Source of the DNA: Octopus bimaculoides
Taxonomy: Eukaryota
Direction of reading: 5' to 3'
Assembly (NCBI RefSeq): GCF_001194135.2
Contig: NC_068985.1
Coordinates: 83,919,323 to 83,952,481, forward strand
Length of the DNA stretch: 33,159 nt
Shown: in pieces, positions 21,835 to 32,245 of the stretch
Numbering within the stretch: the stretch's first letter is position 1
Layout of the letters: the number at the start of each line of letters is the position of its first letter
Program-made: the position numbers and the translations under genes
Notes under the pieces: generated by a model
What the model saw: only the letters and a program-made list of their open reading frames with translations
Databases searched by the model: none
Told to the model about the DNA's origin: nothing

Positions 21835-21990
21835 ATATATATAGATACACACACATATATATATATATGTATATCCATTACATCATACACTTATGTATAT
21901 GCACATATATATATGTGTGTATACATATGTATATATATATGTATATATGTGTACATATTTTTATACACACACACACATATATATATATAG
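21655..21990. repeat. Compound (TA)n/(CA)n/(TG)n microsatellite block
   Basis: Read directly from the sequence. Confidence 0.95.
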
Positions 21991-22276
21991 CAAGTGAAGA
22001 ATGATGTTACTGATATTACATTTATTCCAATGGATTGCAATCATTTCAGTAATGCATGGATGATAAATCAAATAATATGCATGAAGACATAGATGAGTAC
22101 TTAATTACATAATGATGGACCCACAATCATTTAGTCTTAACCTAGTCAATAAACAATATATGCATTGCATATGTATTGATATTTATCAATAGAGTTTCTC
22201 TTAATTTTCTGAATCGGCTTTGTACACAAGAATTTAAGAAATATATGTGTATTATATAGTTGTATAATACATATGC

Positions 22277-22545
22277 AAAGGTATGTGGTCTAGTGGTTGG
22301 GTTGTTGTACTCATACTCATGAGATTGTGGGTTCGATTCCCTGACTGGGTGGTGCATTGTGTTCTTGAGAAAAACACTTCTTTTCATGCTGTTCCAGTCC
22401 CCCTTTCGATCAGCGGGGATTGTTGACCTGCTTACCTAGCCAGCTGGGTGGCATCATTTGAAGACTAAAACAATGCAAAAACACATTATGATGAGCAATT
22501 TGTAGCAACATCTGATATCCTGGTCAGTCATGTGATTATCACATG
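22277..22545 (+). mobile_element. Family F tRNA-derived SINE, apparently near full length
   Basis: A box TGGTCTAGTGG 22286-22296, B box GGTTCGATTCC 22330-22340, CORE-like gtgttcttgagaaaaacacttc, then a unique tail ending ggtcagtcatgtgat. Confidence 0.75.
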
Positions 22546-23466
22546 ATAATACATGTAATAATATTTACATATTTTATATTTTTTTCTATATCTAATTTTT
22601 AAATTTCTATGCTCTGTAGCTACAGGTGTATGATGATTCTGCTTGAGACTTAATGTTTGTATTTGTATTTTGAAATAGTAAGCATGTGTAGTCATAATGG
22701 ATGTACTACACTAATGTTCAACCTCTGCTGCTTCACTGTTATTTTCATCGCTGTTGGCACTGCTGGACTGAATGGTACTTTCCAGGTGTCAAAACCATAA
22801 TGGTGTTCAATAGGTAGCTGAAGATGGGAAGTATATATTTGAAGTACTTGTTTTTTTTTTTTTGTGTGTTGTTGACAGTAAAACTTTTGTATGTTGTGTT
22901 CTCATGGTTATAAGTTGTCCTTCATTAAAATTTTAGTTCTGCTAAGGTTAAACTTGTTTAGAAAGTTCTTGGTTTCTTAGTGTATGGTAGCTTTGTTGTA
23001 TATATTATCCCATATTCTGCATGATTGACCTTCACTGGGATTCTGATTCTGGTAAAGGTTATGTAGAGGCTTTGTTGCTTATGCATACATGCATACACAC
23101 ACAAATGCATATATATATATATATATAAAGTCACAAGTATATATGTATATACACATGTTTATATAAATATATATTCATGAATATCTGTGCATAGAGATTC
23201 ATATATATATATATATATATACAGAGAGAGAGAGAGAGAGAGCACACTTATACACACCCACACACAAATATACACATACAGCTTATATATATAAGCTGTA
23301 TATGTGTGTATTTTTGTGTGAGTGTGTTTATACAAACAGTTCTACAGTACTTGATACTGATTTGATTTTCTTTCTATGTTATTATTATAGGGAATGAATA
23401 GATCTGTAAGTGGATATCTGTATGTTTGAACCTCCTTAGCTATACACACACACATACGTGCGCACG

Positions 23467-23504
<38 letters not shown>

Positions 23505-23813
23505 TAAGGATGATATCAGTTACGAATGATAGAAGTATCACTTAGAAAGGGAGGAGGTGTAATTTATTCCCTAATTGGAATGTAACAGCATGTCTTCGAT
23601 AAATGCATATCTAAGTCGAAACACATATATGTGTAAGTCAGAAAATGACATTTCCAAGTATAGTTTATCACTCAGAAGATAACATTTCCCATGAAACTAA
23701 TAACAATGGCAACTTTGACAATAGGCCACCTTAATGTGTTGTACAATTGATGATGATGATGACAATGGTGATTATGATGACAGTGGCTATCATACAGATA
23801 AAGATATACAAGT

Positions 23814-23865
<52 letters not shown>

Positions 23866-24118
23866 CAAATAAGAAATCAGCAAACATACACTGGAGGATG
23901 GTATGACAAATAGACAGCAAAGGAGAAATAAATTTGAAACGAAATAAAGCAAAATGATAACGGCAATGACGATAATGATGATTATGGTACTAATAATAAT
24001 GTAGAAGGAAATGTTGAAGACTGAAAATGATAAGTAGAAAAAGAAAAATGATGGCGATGATGATGTTAATGATGCTGATAAAAACAGTAGTAGCATTAAT
24101 AAAAAAAAACCATTATTT

Positions 24119-24272
24119 NNNNNNNNNNNNNNNNNNNNNNNNNNNNNNNNNNNNNNNNNNNNNNNNNNNNNNNNNNNNNNNNNNNNNNNNNNNNNNNNNN
24201 NNNNNNNNNNNNNNNNNNNNNNNNNNNNNNNNNNNNNNNNNNNNNNNNNNNNNNNNNNNNNNNNNNNNNNNN
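24119..24272. other. Assembly gap
   Basis: Run of N. Confidence 0.99.
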
Positions 24273-24444
24273 TATATAAAGTGTAGTATATTGCCACTTA
24301 AGTGTGGCTGCCCCCTAGGGGTGGATGTTACTGTTGCTTTTAGCCCCAGGAGGACATCTCCTGCAGCTGGCTTATCGACACACTACTGTGTCCTGTGTCC
24401 TTTATCGTGCAGTTACTGTTAATACTTCATTTAGAGAATTAACA

Positions 24445-24740
24445 TTGCTTATATATATATATATATATACACATACACACACACATACACATATATATAC
24501 AAACATATATATACACACACACACACACATACATATATATGTAAAGAAAAGTATGATGTTGAGGATAATGATAATGGATGGTAACGATGATGATAATGAT
24601 AATAGTAATAATACTAATTAAAGTCATAATATTGATGATGAAAAATAATAATAATAGTAGTCATAATGATGATAATGATAACAATAATAGTAATATCGAA
24701 ATGGATAGCAATAACAACAACAAGTGATGAAAATAATATC
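24445..24740. repeat. (TA/CA)n followed by degenerate (ATG/ATA/ACA)n low-complexity tract
   Basis: Read directly from the sequence. Confidence 0.9.
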
Positions 24741-25131
24741 AATGTTAGCATCAAAACAGCTATGGCAAACAACAGTATCAAAAACCAACAAATCTAACTC
24801 CAGATTCAGTGAGATTGTTCAGATTCTCAGTTTCCTCTTTACTGCTTCCCCCCACCCTGCACCATTGAAACTATGTGTGTGTGTGTGTGTGTGTGTGTGC
24901 ATAGGTGTGTGTACAGGAAGGAGTAGAGATGTTCATTGGCAATTTCTTTCTACTTCTTCTTTGACTGGTTGGCCTTGCTAATCCTATGTTAGAGCTAAGT
25001 GGGAAAGTAATTATGTCCAAAATTGCACACACCAGATTTAGCTTCATGTGACATAAAGAAATATGTGGAATAAAAATAAAGACGTGTATGTGTGTACGTG
25101 TGTATATATATATATATATCTGTTTGTACAT

Positions 25132-25179
<48 letters not shown>

Positions 25180-25182
<3 letters not shown>

Positions 25183-25488
25183 GCTTTGTGGAGGCAATGA
25201 CTGAGACCTTTGGCATTATGTTGTGTTTGAGAAGAAGACCCATCAAGCTGAGCAAAATCACAGTCATGGCAGATACCTGTGTCATGCAAATGGCACCCAT
25301 GCTGGTGGCATGTAAAAACACCCATTGCACTCTCAGAATGGTTGGCATTAGGAAGGGCATCCAGCGATAGAAAACCATGCCAAATCAGATTGAAGTCTAG
25401 TGCAGCCTTCCAGCATGCCAGCTCAATCAAACTGTCCAACTCATACCAGCATGGGCAACAAATGTTAGATAACAATGATAATGATAAC
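25180..25488 (+). mobile_element. 5'-truncated RTE-type LINE 3' end (longest family C1 copy), including the last ORF2 codons
   Basis: The start translates as D*DLWHYVVFEKKT, consistent with the C-terminal DR..WR motif of RTE ORF2. It is followed by ggttggcattaggaagggcatccagc, a degenerate catgc/gcatg stem and an (ATG/ATA) tail. Confidence 0.7.
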
Positions 25489-25508
25489 ACACACGCACAC
25501 ACATCACA

Positions 25509-26808
25509 TACAAGAATCAGCTGAAAAGTTCATAGGCTGGCCAAGTTGCTCTCATGGAATGTGATCAAATGAGGTTTATTTTTCAGCATAGTCCACATAC
25601 TTCCTCCATCAGTGTTGCAGTTTTTGGATCCCATTGGTAAAGAAGCTTTTATCCTCTTAGTGAAAAATATCACCAACAGCATATATTCTTTTCTACTCCA
25701 GGCACAAGGCCCAACATTTTTGGAGAGGGAGCCAGTCGATTAGATTGACCCCATTATGCAACTGGTACTTTATTTATTAACCCCGAAAGGATGAAAGGCA
25801 AAGTCGACCTTGGCGGAATTTGAACTCAGAACGTAATGGCAGACGAAATACCGCTAAGCATTTCGCCCCATGTGCTAATGATTCTGCCAGCTCGCCACCT
25901 TACCAACTGCATATATTACATCATCATCACTGCAATACTGGTTTCTAGCTGAGTCTTTTTTAATCTTTTGTGACAGATGATAGTCAGATGGGGCTAAATC
26001 AGGAGAATAGGGATGGTGATCAACCAGTTCAAAGTCACAGTCCTGCACACCAGGCATTGAAACCAACGACTGTATGCTAGAGTATTGTTCTGATGAAACA
26101 AGACCCCTTTCATAATTTTTTTCTGGGTATTTAGTCATGAGAGCCCATCATAACTGTTTTGGCAAGCTGGCATAGTACACTTTATTGATGACATGACCCT
26201 TCTGAAGATAGTCAATAAACACAATGCCTTTTCCATCCCATAAAACTGAGTGCATCAGCTTCCCTACACATGAAAAGACCCTGGTCTTCTCTGGAACAGA
26301 TGAGGAGTGGGTGTTTCCACTACATGGGTTGTCTATTTGTCTCTTGCTAGGAAATGTTCAAGGAAACCCAATGGATCAGTCTCAAACAATGTCGTATTTT
26401 CTTGTGATGTAACCAGCCTGGAGCACTATTGATCAGGTGTCAGAAGACATGGCACTCACCAGGCAGAAACCTTCATAATGTTAAGTTCATTGTGCAGAAT
26501 ATTCTCAACTTTCTCGTGGGATATGCTAATAGCATTGGCTATTTGATTTATAGTCAATTGTCTGTCATCCTCAATGTGTGGTGAACACAATCAATGTTTT
26601 CCTCGGTGGTAGCTGTCACAGGATGTCCAGACACTGGGTCATCTTCAAGGCTCTACCTTCCCCTCCTAAACTCAGCAGCTCACTTTTGCTCTGTTGATTA
26701 AGTTGGTGCATTATCCCCTAATGTAGCAACCATGCCAGCATGAATGTAATTGGGGCTAAATCCTTTTTCTGCAGGTACTTAATCACACCATGATGCCAAA
26801 TTTTGTCC
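25509..26808 (-). mobile_element. Decayed mariner (Tc1/mariner, D34D) transposon with near-complete transposase pseudogene; left end missing
   Basis: Minus strand: [33 protein letters not shown] (WVP motif), VLWDGKGIVFIDYLQKG, GVLFHQNN, HHPYSPDLAPSDYHL, DDDVIYAV. 34 residues lie between the second (mutated D>N) and third Asp, allowing one 1-bp deletion. TA + TIR at 25509-25545. Confidence 0.95.
25688..25901 (-). mobile_element. Young family B SINE nested in the mariner, with 16-bp TSD
   Basis: TSD accaacagcatatatt (25672-25687) and accaactgcatatatt (25902-25917). On the SINE strand: A-box-like TGGCAGAATC, B-box-like GAGTTCAAATTCC, central GCCTTTCATCCTTTCGGGGT. Confidence 0.92.
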
Positions 26809-26809
26809 T

Positions 26810-26849
26810 TATGTATTTCTATCTATCTATCTATCTATCTATGTGTGTG

Positions 26850-26925
<76 letters not shown>

Positions 26926-26965
26926 AACATTTGTATGTATATATATATATATACACAAACATTTG

Positions 26966-27007
<42 letters not shown>

Positions 27008-27050
27008 CATATATACCTACACACACACGTGTGTGTGTGTAGGTATATAT
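26810..27050. repeat. Compound (TATC)n/(TA)n/(TG)n microsatellite
   Basis: Read directly; contains acacaaacatttgtatgt twice. Confidence 0.95.
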
Positions 27051-27084
27051 AGTCAAATCAAAAATGAAACCGGTCACTGCCTTA

Positions 27085-27297
27085 ATGATAATGCCAACTT
27101 AGGCACAAGGTCAGTAATTTTAGAGGAGGGGCAAGTTGATTGCATTGACTACAGTACTTGACAAGTATTTTATTTTATTGAATGCAAAAGGATGAAAGGC
27201 AAAGTTAACTTTGGTGAAATATGAACTCGGAACATAAAATCAGAAATGCCTCTAAGCATTTTGTCCAACATGCTAACAGTGCTGCCAGCTTACTGCA
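27085..27297 (-). mobile_element. Family B SINE, diverged
   Basis: aaggatgaaaggcaaagttaactttggtgaaatatgaactc...ctaagcattttgtcc...gctgccagct; (TAA)n at 27299-27313. Confidence 0.8.
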
Positions 27298-28074
27298 TTA
27301 ATAATAATAATAAAAGTAATAGTAAGTCTCATTTCCCAAAACGTGTTCTAATCCGTTTACAAGAATTGTTTTGTTTTTTTGTTTTTTTTTTTCTTACTGA
27401 TTCATTTGCAAATCCTATCAAGCATACTAATGACTAGCTAAATGCAATTCTTATTCAGTGTTTCATTATTTTTGGGAAATATACCTTAGCAACAATTTTA
27501 CTGTCATCAGTAATGGAGAATGGAGCAGGTTTGTTGACTCTGTAAAGCTCAGTGCAGGTTAGTTATATTAATCAGGGATGGAAGTATTAAAGGGATAAAA
27601 AGGTGAATAAGCTATCAGATTATGCAACACAACAAATTGTGTCTTCTCTATTATAATACATCTGCTTGCTAATTTTAAATACAAATTCCTTTTATATCAC
27701 TAAGAGCAGTGGATAGCTTAGTTGTTAGAATGTCAGACAGGAAAATCTAGGGGTCACTAGTTATAGTCTGCTACTTGTGCCATAGCAGATCCAAGGTTCA
27801 AGACTCTTAGTGCTTTCAACTGACTCAAGGCCAAAACTCTTAACTCTCTTGCATGTCAAGGTCAAGACTCTTAACTCCCAACAGCTTAGTTCTCTTTCCT
27901 TCAAGCAGGTATTGCAGTATGGAATGGCTTACTGCAGTAAACAATGATCTTGAATAAGCTCTTGAACTTGACATATGTTTCATTTGCTCACAGGGTTGGG
28001 CTCAGTTCATTTTTTTAATCTAGCTGGGCTGTTATAAAATTTGTAGCAACATAGATCTACTATGAGCTAATCTT

Positions 28075-28292
28075 TATGTGGCCACTCAGCTTGCAAGACA
28101 TTGCAGTCAAATCTCTCTCAGATGATAACATATCTTAAAACAGTGGAACGCATTGGACAATGTCATTCTAGTTGGGTTTTGCATAAAAAATACGATGGGA
28201 CATTCATCATTGGAATACTTTTGATCCTAATCTACTTGACTCAGATAGATTCGAGGTTAATAAAACACTATCAATAACAACAATAACAACAG
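28075..28292 (+). mobile_element. Family E repeat tail ending in (AAC)n
   Basis: gcttgcaagacattgcagtcaaatctctctcag...cttaaaa...cattggacaatgt...caataacaacaataacaac; related copies at 28378-28550 and 28695-28785. Confidence 0.55.
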
Positions 28293-28377
28293 CATGAATT
28301 CACTTTCACATCTGTCATATCCATTAAATAATTAATGTAAAGTATTAAAAAAAATGATTCTATAATTAAGGTAAATG

Positions 28378-28550
28378 AGCTGTTAGGCTTGATGATTTTG
28401 CAATGACCATCTCATCTTATGATTTTCAGACATTGTGTGCTCCAACACTATCCATTGTGTCCTATTTTAAGGTGATGAGATGTAGTTTGAAAGAGATTTG
28501 GCTGATATTTCTCATAATTTCAATGACCTCATAGCAGCTCTCATATTAGT
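28378..28550 (-). mobile_element. Family E repeat, inverted relative to 28075-28292
   Basis: The reverse complement contains cagccaaatctctttcaaa...cttaaaataggacacaatggatagtgt. Confidence 0.5.
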
Positions 28551-28694
28551 TATTTAAACAACAAAACATTAACAAAAACACGTCTGGGTGTCAATCAAGC
28601 ATTTGATCCCCAAATTATATTTGTGATTTATTCTGTATAGTAGCTTAATAGCAGCAACCATTGTCTTGTAGAAAAGTTATGATTTCGATTTCTA

Positions 28695-28785
28695 GTTGAC
28701 CTACAATGAAAGACATCCCAGCTACGATCTTCTCATCTTTTTCTTTTCAGATACTGAGTGTCCCAGACTACATTATCATTATTAG
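28695..28785 (-). mobile_element. Family E fragment
   Basis: gaccatctcatctt...ttttcaga...tgtgctcc (28405-28442) matches gatcttctcatctttttcttttcagatactgagtgtcc here. Confidence 0.4.
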
Positions 28786-28791
28786 AGTGGT

Positions 28792-28990
28792 GAAGGTGGG
28801 AAGCTGGCAGAATTGTTAGTGTACTGGTTAAAATGCTTAGCGGCAGTTCATCTGTCTCAATGTTCTAAGTTCAAATTCTGCTAAGGTCAACTTTGCTTTT
28901 CAATCTTTTGGGGTCAATGAAATAAGTTATGTACTGAAGTCGATATAATCAATTAGCCTCTACCCCAAAATTTCAGGCATTTATGCTTTA
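28792..28990 (+). mobile_element. Family B SINE (first of a tandem pair)
   Basis: agctggcagaattgttag...aaatgcttagcggc...aagttcaaattctgctaaggtcaactttgcttttcaatcttttggggtc. Confidence 0.85.
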
Positions 28991-29009
28991 AGTAGAAAGG
29001 ATTTTTAAA

Positions 29010-29245
29010 GTGATGAGCTATCAGAATTGTTATCAGAATCGGAAAGAATGCTGTGCAGTATTTCTTCAGACTCATTACGTTCTGCATTCAAATCCTGCTA
29101 AGATTGACTTTGCCTTTCATCCTTTCAGGATCAATAAAATAGATACCCATCAAGTACTAGGATTGATGTTATTGACTTGCCTCCTTCTTTAGAATTGCTG
29201 ACCTTATGCCTTAATTTAAAAGAATTATTATTATCATTATTATTA
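29010..29245 (+). mobile_element. Family B SINE (second of a tandem pair) with (ATT)n tail
   Basis: gagctatcagaattgtta...ttcaaatcctgctaagattgactttgcctttcatcctttcagg...attattattatcattattatt. Confidence 0.8.
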
Positions 29246-31343
29246 TCCATATAGCAAATATAATGAAACATTAATATTTTCATTAAGTTTACACTTGAAC
29301 ACTTGATTCAGTTGTTTAGCCCTTTTGATCTTATAAACTCTGTATCAGTTTAATATCTTTCACAAAAGTATAAACATCCTAACTTAACATTTATTCTCTG
29401 TCAGACGTTTTCTGTATGTGTTAATTCTAAAGTTTGATTTTGGAAATTTAGCATAACCATTGTTATTCTGTATAGGTTGATTTTTTTTATATTTTGCAAA
29501 CAAGTATCTTTATTGTGTAGAAAATACATATTATTATCTTTTTGTCACTTGGGAAGAAGTACAACACACATGGCTTATTTTGCAAGACCTCTTAGACTGG
29601 TGGAGAAATGAAAAGAAATTTTAATATCCTTAAATCAGGTACCTAGTCTGAATGCTTACAATAGAGTGAACTTCACTAGAAGCATTCAAAGGTGAGATGG
29701 TGGTGTTAAAACAGGTAATAGATTAAAACTGCACTTAAAAAATAGGCCATCTGACAAGCTCTTGCACAGTTTTCATCAAACCTATTTGACTTACAGAAAA
29801 TTGGATTTATCTGAGACTGGTAGAAGACATTTTCTCAAGTCACAGTGCCAAAGAACAAAACTTGTAAAATATAAATGATATGAAGCAAAACTTGTTATAG
29901 AAATACTTCAACAAAGAATTATGTAGAGGGTGAACTTGTAAGAATAATTTATAAAAACAATCAAACAAGCCCAAACAAGAAAGCATGAGAAAATTGTTCT
30001 TTTATATGGAAAGAAAATGTTGTGCAGAGGTGACTTTGGAACAAGATAGTTCAATTAAATCAATTATGGAAAAATAACTTAGAATGAGGAAAAGTGAAGG
30101 ACAGTTTTGTAAAATAAATAAATAAATAAATAAATCCAGCTAGAAAAAGTAATTAGAGCAAAAAACGTCTGATGATATTGACCATATTTACAAGAATGTT
30201 GTGAGAGTAATTTACTCGACATGGTATTATCAAGTATTAAATATTATTATGGGATGACATGAACCACTGGCTGAATTTAAGAATTGGTATTGTATCAAAT
30301 CATATTTTCCTCCAAATCGTTTCAGTAGGTGGAAACACATTAAATTGGTCATAATCATAACGATGACAATGATTATGTCAAGATTGCTAATATGTCGGTA
30401 TTTTTCAATCAACATTTAAATCTGTGCTGTGTGGTGACTAAAATTCCTATTTATTTGCCATGTTGTCAAAACAAACTCATAATGATTGTATCCTATCCAA
30501 ATGTCTTCCATAATCACTGTGTTGAGTTGGAATTTATTCTTAAATGTTATATCAAATTAAAATTTACTCCTAGTCATTACATCCATTTGAAAATTTGCAT
30601 TGTTCAGTAAGTAGGCTGTCACATTTTTACTTCTAGTCAATTTGCAGTCAAATTTTGCAAATGTTAATCATTATATCGCAACAAAGTCTTAATCACTCAT
30701 TGCAATCTACTATTAAAGTGTCATGATTAGTATAATAGTATTTAACTATCAAGACAGAACCATGTCTTGCTTTCTTATAAATAAGTGAAGATAAATTCTG
30801 TTTATCATAACATTGCTTTGTCTTTACTATAGGCTCTTATCTTCTTAGAATGATACGAAGTATATGTGTATTTCTGCAGCAAAGGAGCAAATCATCACCC
30901 TTCTGTTTCAGAAGTTACAAGTTTATGTCTGGTGTGCTGTTGTAGAGGTAGTGTAGTAGAACTGTTCCATGTCTGTGACTAAGTTTTGATATGGAAGTCT
31001 AGTTGTTTCTTGTTTACGTATTTGTGACAGACCAGCATCCTATCTCAGGAGAGATTTGCTCTCCCTGCTTAATTTTATGGAAATAAGAGATAAGGAATAG
31101 ATCTATGCACACTTGTGATTTAGTAAAGGGATAGCTTAGCTCTATCATTAATGTATCTAGAAAAGGCATTAATGTATCATTTACCTCCCTTTTCCCTGAA
31201 TTTAATGAAGCTCATTTACATATGATTATGAATAGTCAAGCAGATTATGACGCAAGGATTCTATTTATTTCACCTGTATGTGAAATAATAGTCACTAAAT
31301 ATTTACCTTTGTACAAGCATTACATAGTGATTTAGAAAATGAC

Positions 31344-31409
31344 CTTTTGTTCTGCCTGCCCTGCTGCCAAATTGTTGCCAGATGTAGTGCTGGAATTTGT
31401 GGCATCACA
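31344..31409 (-). CDS. Candidate coding exon (CDATNSSTTSGNNLAAGQAEQK), gene unknown
   Basis: Acceptor ttctgtttccagcttctgtag; 66 nt open in phase 0; weak donor AAG|GTCATT, or read-through to VIF* (stop 31332-31334). No homology recognised. Confidence 0.22.
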
Positions 31410-31473
31410 CTACAGAAGCTGGAAACAGAATTCAGATGCCTTGAGAACTTATGGTCTTGGTAATAAACCTTAC

Positions 31474-31509
31474 CTGGTTTGTGTCAAAGAGTTGCATATC
31501 ATTACATAA
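31474..31509 (-). CDS. Candidate coding exon (LCNDMQLFDTNQ), gene unknown
   Basis: Acceptor gtttatctag; 36 nt open; consensus donor CAG|GTAAGG; 64-nt intron to the candidate above, phases compatible. Confidence 0.22.
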
Positions 31510-31590
31510 CTAGATAAACGTAATTCATAGTTTTGTATATACACTAACACAATAATAAATATGAACATATATTGCATTAAATGTCTTAAT

Positions 31591-32160
31591 TATGAAGTGC
31601 ATTCAAAAAGTATCCTACTTTATTTTTTCCCACCAAAACTAATGTCACATGGGCAAAATCCTTTGGGTGGGAGGTCAAGCAACCATTCCTGTGCATGTGT
31701 GAAAATTTTTGGTAGGTCCGGTTATTTCCCAACTGCTATGCCTTCAGTACAGACGTGCAGTACACACCCTTTGGATTTTTGCTTTCATGCAATATGACCA
31801 AACACATTGAGCAGAGACCATAAACTCATGTTTATGAGCAGAGATCATAAACCCAGTGATGATGGTTTTCATGAAGCCTAGGTCATAGTTTGCACAGTCT
31901 AGTATGTCCTGGGCAGCAGAGTTGCTTCTGCTGCTCTACCAGCCCCTTAGTGACAAGTTTTGCCAACACTCTCTACATGAACAAATCCTCTCTTAAAATC
32001 GAATCTTCTAGTCTTGTGCTTATTCTCACATTGTGAGCAATATCCCAGATTGTTACAGAACGGCCTTCCATGATTATTCACCAAACTATCTCAATCAGCT
32101 TGTCGTGTTGTCTTGTGGATAGCCTGCCTGAACGGGTCTTGCTCTCCACTGTGGTATCTG
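31591..32160. mobile_element. Second mariner family remnant, internally inverted: left end on +, transposase segment on -
   Basis: TA + TGAAGTGCATTCAAAAAGTATCC TIR-like end and start MTKHIEQR (31794-31817) on +. Minus strand 31845-32160 reads ESKTRSGRLST...VTIWDIAHNVRIS...SILREDL.M.RVLAKLV...AQDILDCANYDLGFMKTIITG, which is the mariner HTH region up to the first catalytic Asp. Confidence 0.85.
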
Positions 32161-32164
32161 CTTA

Positions 32165-32245
32165 CAGCATAAATCTTGCTGAGATCAACTTTGATTTCCA
32201 TCCTTCTGAAGTTTATAACAAAGTGTACTAGTCAAGTACTAGGAT
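32165..32245 (+). mobile_element. Family B SINE central fragment
   Basis: aaatcttgctgagatcaactttgatttccatccttctgaagtttataacaaagtgtactagtcaagtactagg. Confidence 0.6.

Noticed and set aside
21567-22004. YI/HT/VC/poly-I/H/M/T/S ORFs here and at 2840-3196, 5108-5371, 6444-6638 and 26790-27161
   Set aside because: Translations of microsatellites with no domain content.
22277-22350. tRNA gene (also 18645-18710 and the family B heads)
   Set aside because: A/B boxes are present but no complete cloverleaf was found; each continues into a SINE body.
27792-27877. CRISPR-like repeat-spacer appearance
   Set aside because: Only three degenerate units, spacers of 10-16 nt, eukaryotic context, no cas genes.
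29560-29800. Possible very old RTE fragment (LEAF motif)
   Set aside because: A single short motif with no ordered neighbours.
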